A program made the translations under genes and the position numbers. A DNA stretch of 64,000 bases from NCBI GenBank assembly GCA_963803435.1, contig CAWDML010000009.1, positions 256,001 to 320,000 of the forward strand, written 5' to 3'. Shown here piece after piece: positions 60,659-64,000 of this stretch (positions are counted from its first letter, which is position 1; every line of letters begins with the position of its first letter). The notes beneath the pieces are model-generated. The model had not been told where the DNA came from. It worked only from the letters and a program-made list of their open reading frames with translations, and searched no databases. Source of the DNA: an uncultured delta proteobacterium. GTDB taxonomy: Bacteria > Myxococcota > Kuafuiibacteriia > Kuafuiibacteriales > Kuafuiibacteriaceae.

Positions 60659-63286
60659 TCATCGGCCCTTCGCGTCCGGGTTTGAGCGGCCCTCGCCGAT
60701 CCACACCACGAACCGGCCCACCGGCGCGCGGGTCTCCTCCGCCCGCTTGTCGTCTGGGCCCTTTGGGCCAGGCCTCCCGCTCTTCTCGAACGCCAGCCCG
60801 ATCGCCAGGGCGAGATCGCGGAGCGGCAGCAGCGGCTCGGCGCTGCCCCGCGCGTCTCCCACCGGGCCGAAGCCGGCCCGTGCGAGCGCCTCGACCCTCT
60901 CCTTCGCGTTGGCCTCCAGGCAGGCCACCACGTGATCGGTGAACGCGCCCTCGTCGCCCAGCACGAACGCCGCCAGCGCCGCGTCCAGGTGGACGTCGAC
61001 CGCCGCGTCCTTGGAGGCGTGGGCCAGCGCGCGCTGGTAGAGCGCGAGCGCCTCCTTCGGCCGGCCTTGGGTCAGGTGCAGGCTGCCCAGGTTGGCGAGC
61101 GCGACCGCGTCGTTTGGGTGCCCGTCGATCACCGATTGCAGGGCAGCTTGCGCGCCGGTGCGTTCCAGCTGGGCGAGGAGCACCGCGCGCCAATCGAGGA
61201 GCTCGAGGACCTCGCGCGTCTTCAGGCGCGCCTCCACCTCGGCGAGCTCACGCTCGAGCGCGTCGCGCCGGCAATCCTCGATCGCCCTCAACGTCTTGGC
61301 GACGTCCTCGCGCACGCCCTCGATCTCAGGCGGTGGCTTCGATTCGACGGGGAGCGTGGAATCGACCGGCGGATAACGCTTCCAGGCGCTCCGCAGGTCG
61401 ACCCGCCGGATCGCGTCGGGGCTCGCGGCGAAGCGGGCGAGCTCGGTGGCGCCGGCCTTCCAGGCGGAGAGGAAGCCGGACGAGAGGGCGGTGGTCTCGA
61501 CGGGGACGTACAGGAGACCGTCCTCGACCAGGAAGTCGCCGGCGTCCGCCGAGAGCAGGTGCATGCTCTGGGGTGGGAGACCCGTGGGCACCGCTACCAG
61601 CGCGTGTCCCGGGGTGGCGAGGATCAGCGTGCGCATCCCGATCGCCTCGGCGAGGGACGCATAGAGGACCGCGAGGTCGTCGCAGTCGCCGCCGCCCTGG
61701 AGCGTCTGCGCCGGGTACTGGAGGTAGTCGAACCCGGAGCCCTCGAAGGGGCTGACGGGATCCGGCGCATAGCGAACGCCGAGCAGGGCCATGCCGGCGA
61801 AGAGCGCCGCCGCCGGTCCGAGAGGATGCGTCGTGTCGGCGAGGGCCGCGCGCAGCTTGCGGGCCGTCTGCAGGACGACCGGTGCGCGCGGGTTCACGAA
61901 CGCGGCCACCGAGTCGAGCTCGTCCCACGACAGCGCGTTGCGATCGTGGATCACGAGCGACGTGCTGCGCTCGTCGCGGTACGTGAGATCGCCCGCGGTG
62001 TACTCGATGTCGATGCGGAGCAAGACCGGGCGGTCGTCGTCGTGCTTCGCCAGCGCCTCCTGGTCCAGCGCGATCGCCAGCGGCACGTGGACCTTTCCCT
62101 TCGCCGGGATGTGCTCGATGCGCGTGGAGGGCGGGTGCTCCGCGAAGCGGGGGATGCGGACCTCGATCCGGACGTCTTCGATCGGTTGCTTGCCCCGGTT
62201 GACGAGCGTGACGCGACCGACCTCCTGCTTCGCGAGGCCTGCGAGCCGGGCCGGGTACACGTTCGTCACCTCGAGCGCGGTCATCTCGAGCGGACGCGGC
62301 CCGCGCGCCGATCGACCCGGTGCCATCACCGCCGCCAGATCACTCGCGACCCGTTCGGCGCAGCGCTCGGCATTGGAGCGCGTGCAGGTCCGCTCCTTGG
62401 CCGCGCGACGGCGACCCTTCTCGAGCAGCACGCCGGTGAGGCGGACCGTGTCGCCCTCGACCTTCTCCTCGGTCTCGATCTTTCGGTCCCCCGCCTTGAT
62501 GCGGGCCTCCGCGACCTCCGCGCGGATCATGCCCGCTCCGTAGCCGAACACCTCGATCGGGAGATCGGCGGCCGACAGGGCCTCGGCCAGCTCGCGGGCT
62601 CCGGCGACCGTCGTGCCGAGCTCGATCCGCGTCGCGGTCCGATCGGCGAAGCGGACCACGGCGGCGCGGACACCGGGGACGGCGAGCAGCTTGGCGAGCA
62701 GCTGCTCGGTGGCGGAGGTGTTCCGCAGGCCCTCGACCATGAGCTCGATCGAATGCTCGCCGGCGGCGGCGCCGAGGTTCGCAATCAGCTCGTCCGCGAG
62801 GGCGTCGGCCGCGGTGCGGGCCGCGTTGGTGGCGGCCTCCTCGACCGAGAGGCCCATCGATCGCCCGGGCACCGAGACGGCCAACCGCACGCGACCGGTC
62901 GCCGCGTCGATCACCTTCACCACGATCGAGGCGTCGTAGCGGTGTACACGATCAGGGAGCACCTTCGAGTCGACCCTCGACAGCGCCACCACGCCCGCGA
63001 TGATGAGGTCGGTCTCGAACCCGGATAGGCCCTCCGGCACCTGACCCTCGACGAGGCGGTGCGCGTCGACCCGGGCGCGAAGCCGCCGGCTCTGAGCCTC
63101 GTCCACCAGGACCACCTTCGCCTCCAGCAACCGCTCCACCAGGCGGTTCTCGGCGACCGAGGTGGGACGCGGTGCACCGTCGAGCGTCTCTGAGAAGACC
63201 GTGGTGTAGCGGGCGCCGGGGGAGAGCTGTGCCGCCGCCGCCGCCGGCGCGCACAGCACGAAGAGGACCAGGAGCGCGCGCATCAT
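60659..63286 (-). CDS. Exported multidomain protein with transglutaminase-like domain and TPR
   Basis: Signal peptide; GGGDCDDLAVLYASL..PGHALVAV..VPVETT; TPR ALANLGSLHL. Confidence 0.78.
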   Translation of the reverse strand: MMRALLVLFVLCAPAAAAAQLSPGARYTTVFSETLDGAPRPTSVAENRLVERLLEAKVVLVDEAQSRRLRARVDAHRLVEGQVPEGLSGFETDLIIAGVVALSRVDSKVLPDRVHRYDASIVVKVIDAATGRVRLAVSVPGRSMGLSVEEAATNAARTAADALADELIANLGAAAGEHSIELMVEGLRNTSATEQLLAKLLAVPGVRAAVVRFADRTATRIELGTTVAGARELAEALSAADLPIEVFGYGAGMIRAEVAEARIKAGDRKIETEEKVEGDTVRLTGVLLEKGRRRAAKERTCTRSNAERCAERVASDLAAVMAPGRSARGPRPLEMTALEVTNVYPARLAGLAKQEVGRVTLVNRGKQPIEDVRIEVRIPRFAEHPPSTRIEHIPAKGKVHVPLAIALDQEALAKHDDDRPVLLRIDIEYTAGDLTYRDERSTSLVIHDRNALSWDELDSVAAFVNPRAPVVLQTARKLRAALADTTHPLGPAAALFAGMALLGVRYAPDPVSPFEGSGFDYLQYPAQTLQGGGDCDDLAVLYASLAEAIGMRTLILATPGHALVAVPTGLPPQSMHLLSADAGDFLVEDGLLYVPVETTALSSGFLSAWKAGATELARFAASPDAIRRVDLRSAWKRYPPVDSTLPVESKPPPEIEGVREDVAKTLRAIEDCRRDALERELAEVEARLKTREVLELLDWRAVLLAQLERTGAQAALQSVIDGHPNDAVALANLGSLHLTQGRPKEALALYQRALAHASKDAAVDVHLDAALAAFVLGDEGAFTDHVVACLEANAKERVEALARAGFGPVGDARGSAEPLLPLRDLALAIGLAFEKSGRPGPKGPDDKRAEETRAPVGRFVVWIGEGRSNPDAKGR

Positions 63287-63374
63287 CTGGAAGCCGGGAC
63301 CTCGTGCACCCTGCATGCCGCCGCCGCATGGTGACGAAAAGCGACGGGATGAGCGGTGCTCCGTGTCATGTCAC

Positions 63375-64000
63375 ATGGTAGGTCTGAAGCTGGTGGGCAA
63401 GGGCAAGAAGAGCAAGCGGAAGGAGACGAAGGCGAAGAAGGTCGGACCGGGCTCCTTCGAAGGACCGGGCGACCTGCGGGCCGTCCGCTACCACATCGAC
63501 CAATGGCGAAAGAACGGCGTGGAAGAGGCCCGCAACATGCTGATGATGCTGGGCCGCGACGCCTCCTTCACCGTCTGTGAGGTCGCCACCGAGCGAAAAG
63601 ACGAGGCGCTGATGGCGTTCGGCCGGCGCCTGGTCGCGGTCCGCCCGCAGCTCGAGACGAACCTGAACGCGCTCCGGCGGGCGTCGGTGCGGGCGCACGT
63701 GGAGCGCGCCCGGAAAGAGGCGGCGCCTGCGGTCGAGGTGGACAATCTCGCCGTGGCCGGCGGCGCCGTGGCGGTGTTCGATCCTGAGCGCGTGGTCGAG
63801 GCCCTGGCCCGCGGCGGGTGGCCTCGCAAGGATGAAGCGCGCGTGAACGCTGGCGACGTGGCGTGGTTCGGGCTCCCGCGGACCGCCCCGATGCCGGTGC
63901 GGTTCACCACCCGACCCGCGGATGGGCGCCCGCTGCGCCTTCGCCTGCGGGTCGAGTCCGGCGTGGTCTTCGCCGGCGCACCCGAGGCGTCGGACGGGCC
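63375..64000 (+). CDS. Hypothetical protein, runs off the window end
   Basis: Open frame from ATG 63375 (or GTG 63393): GKGKKSKRKETKAKK..HIDQWRKNG.., no stop seen. Confidence 0.6.
   Translation, partial: MVGLKLVGKGKKSKRKETKAKKVGPGSFEGPGDLRAVRYHIDQWRKNGVEEARNMLMMLGRDASFTVCEVATERKDEALMAFGRRLVAVRPQLETNLNALRRASVRAHVERARKEAAPAVEVDNLAVAGGAVAVFDPERVVEALARGGWPRKDEARVNAGDVAWFGLPRTAPMPVRFTTRPADGRPLRLRLRVESGVVFAGAPEASDG

Overview
High-GC bacterial DNA with Myxococcota-type hallmarks: a MYXO-CTERM-like sorting tail, an FHA-domain sigma-54 activator, several Ser/Thr kinases and a zinc-ribbon/TPR membrane protein. About 50 genes are densely packed. I saw no rRNA, tRNA or CRISPR array, and one IS4-like transposase remnant. 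Main blocks: (1) 1-4445, an NAD-linked cluster (truncated large protein, nicotinamidase-like enzyme, vWA protein, NrtR with a candidate operator); (2) a PAS kinase/response regulator pair and two divergent FAD oxidoreductases with long N-terminal extensions; (3) a kinase, NTT-like transporter and STAND/TPR ATPase, then two amidohydrolases; (4) 25.9-37.4 kb, a coupled sulfur-relay operon in which an apparently active E1/Ubl/CysM/JAB/LarE core is interleaved with apparent pseudo-enzymes, including a JAB peptidase fused to a degenerate ATP sulfurylase (best candidate for an undescribed system); (5) a BPI/LBP-like surface lipoprotein, housekeeping genes (gatCA, UvrD/PcrA helicase, lytic transglycosylase) and signalling/transport genes. 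Many genes carry single-base frameshifts, seven at GATC sites read as GATTC/GAATC, which points to long-read miscalls at a modified motif rather than pseudogenes. All assignments are from motif recognition by eye; no database search was run.
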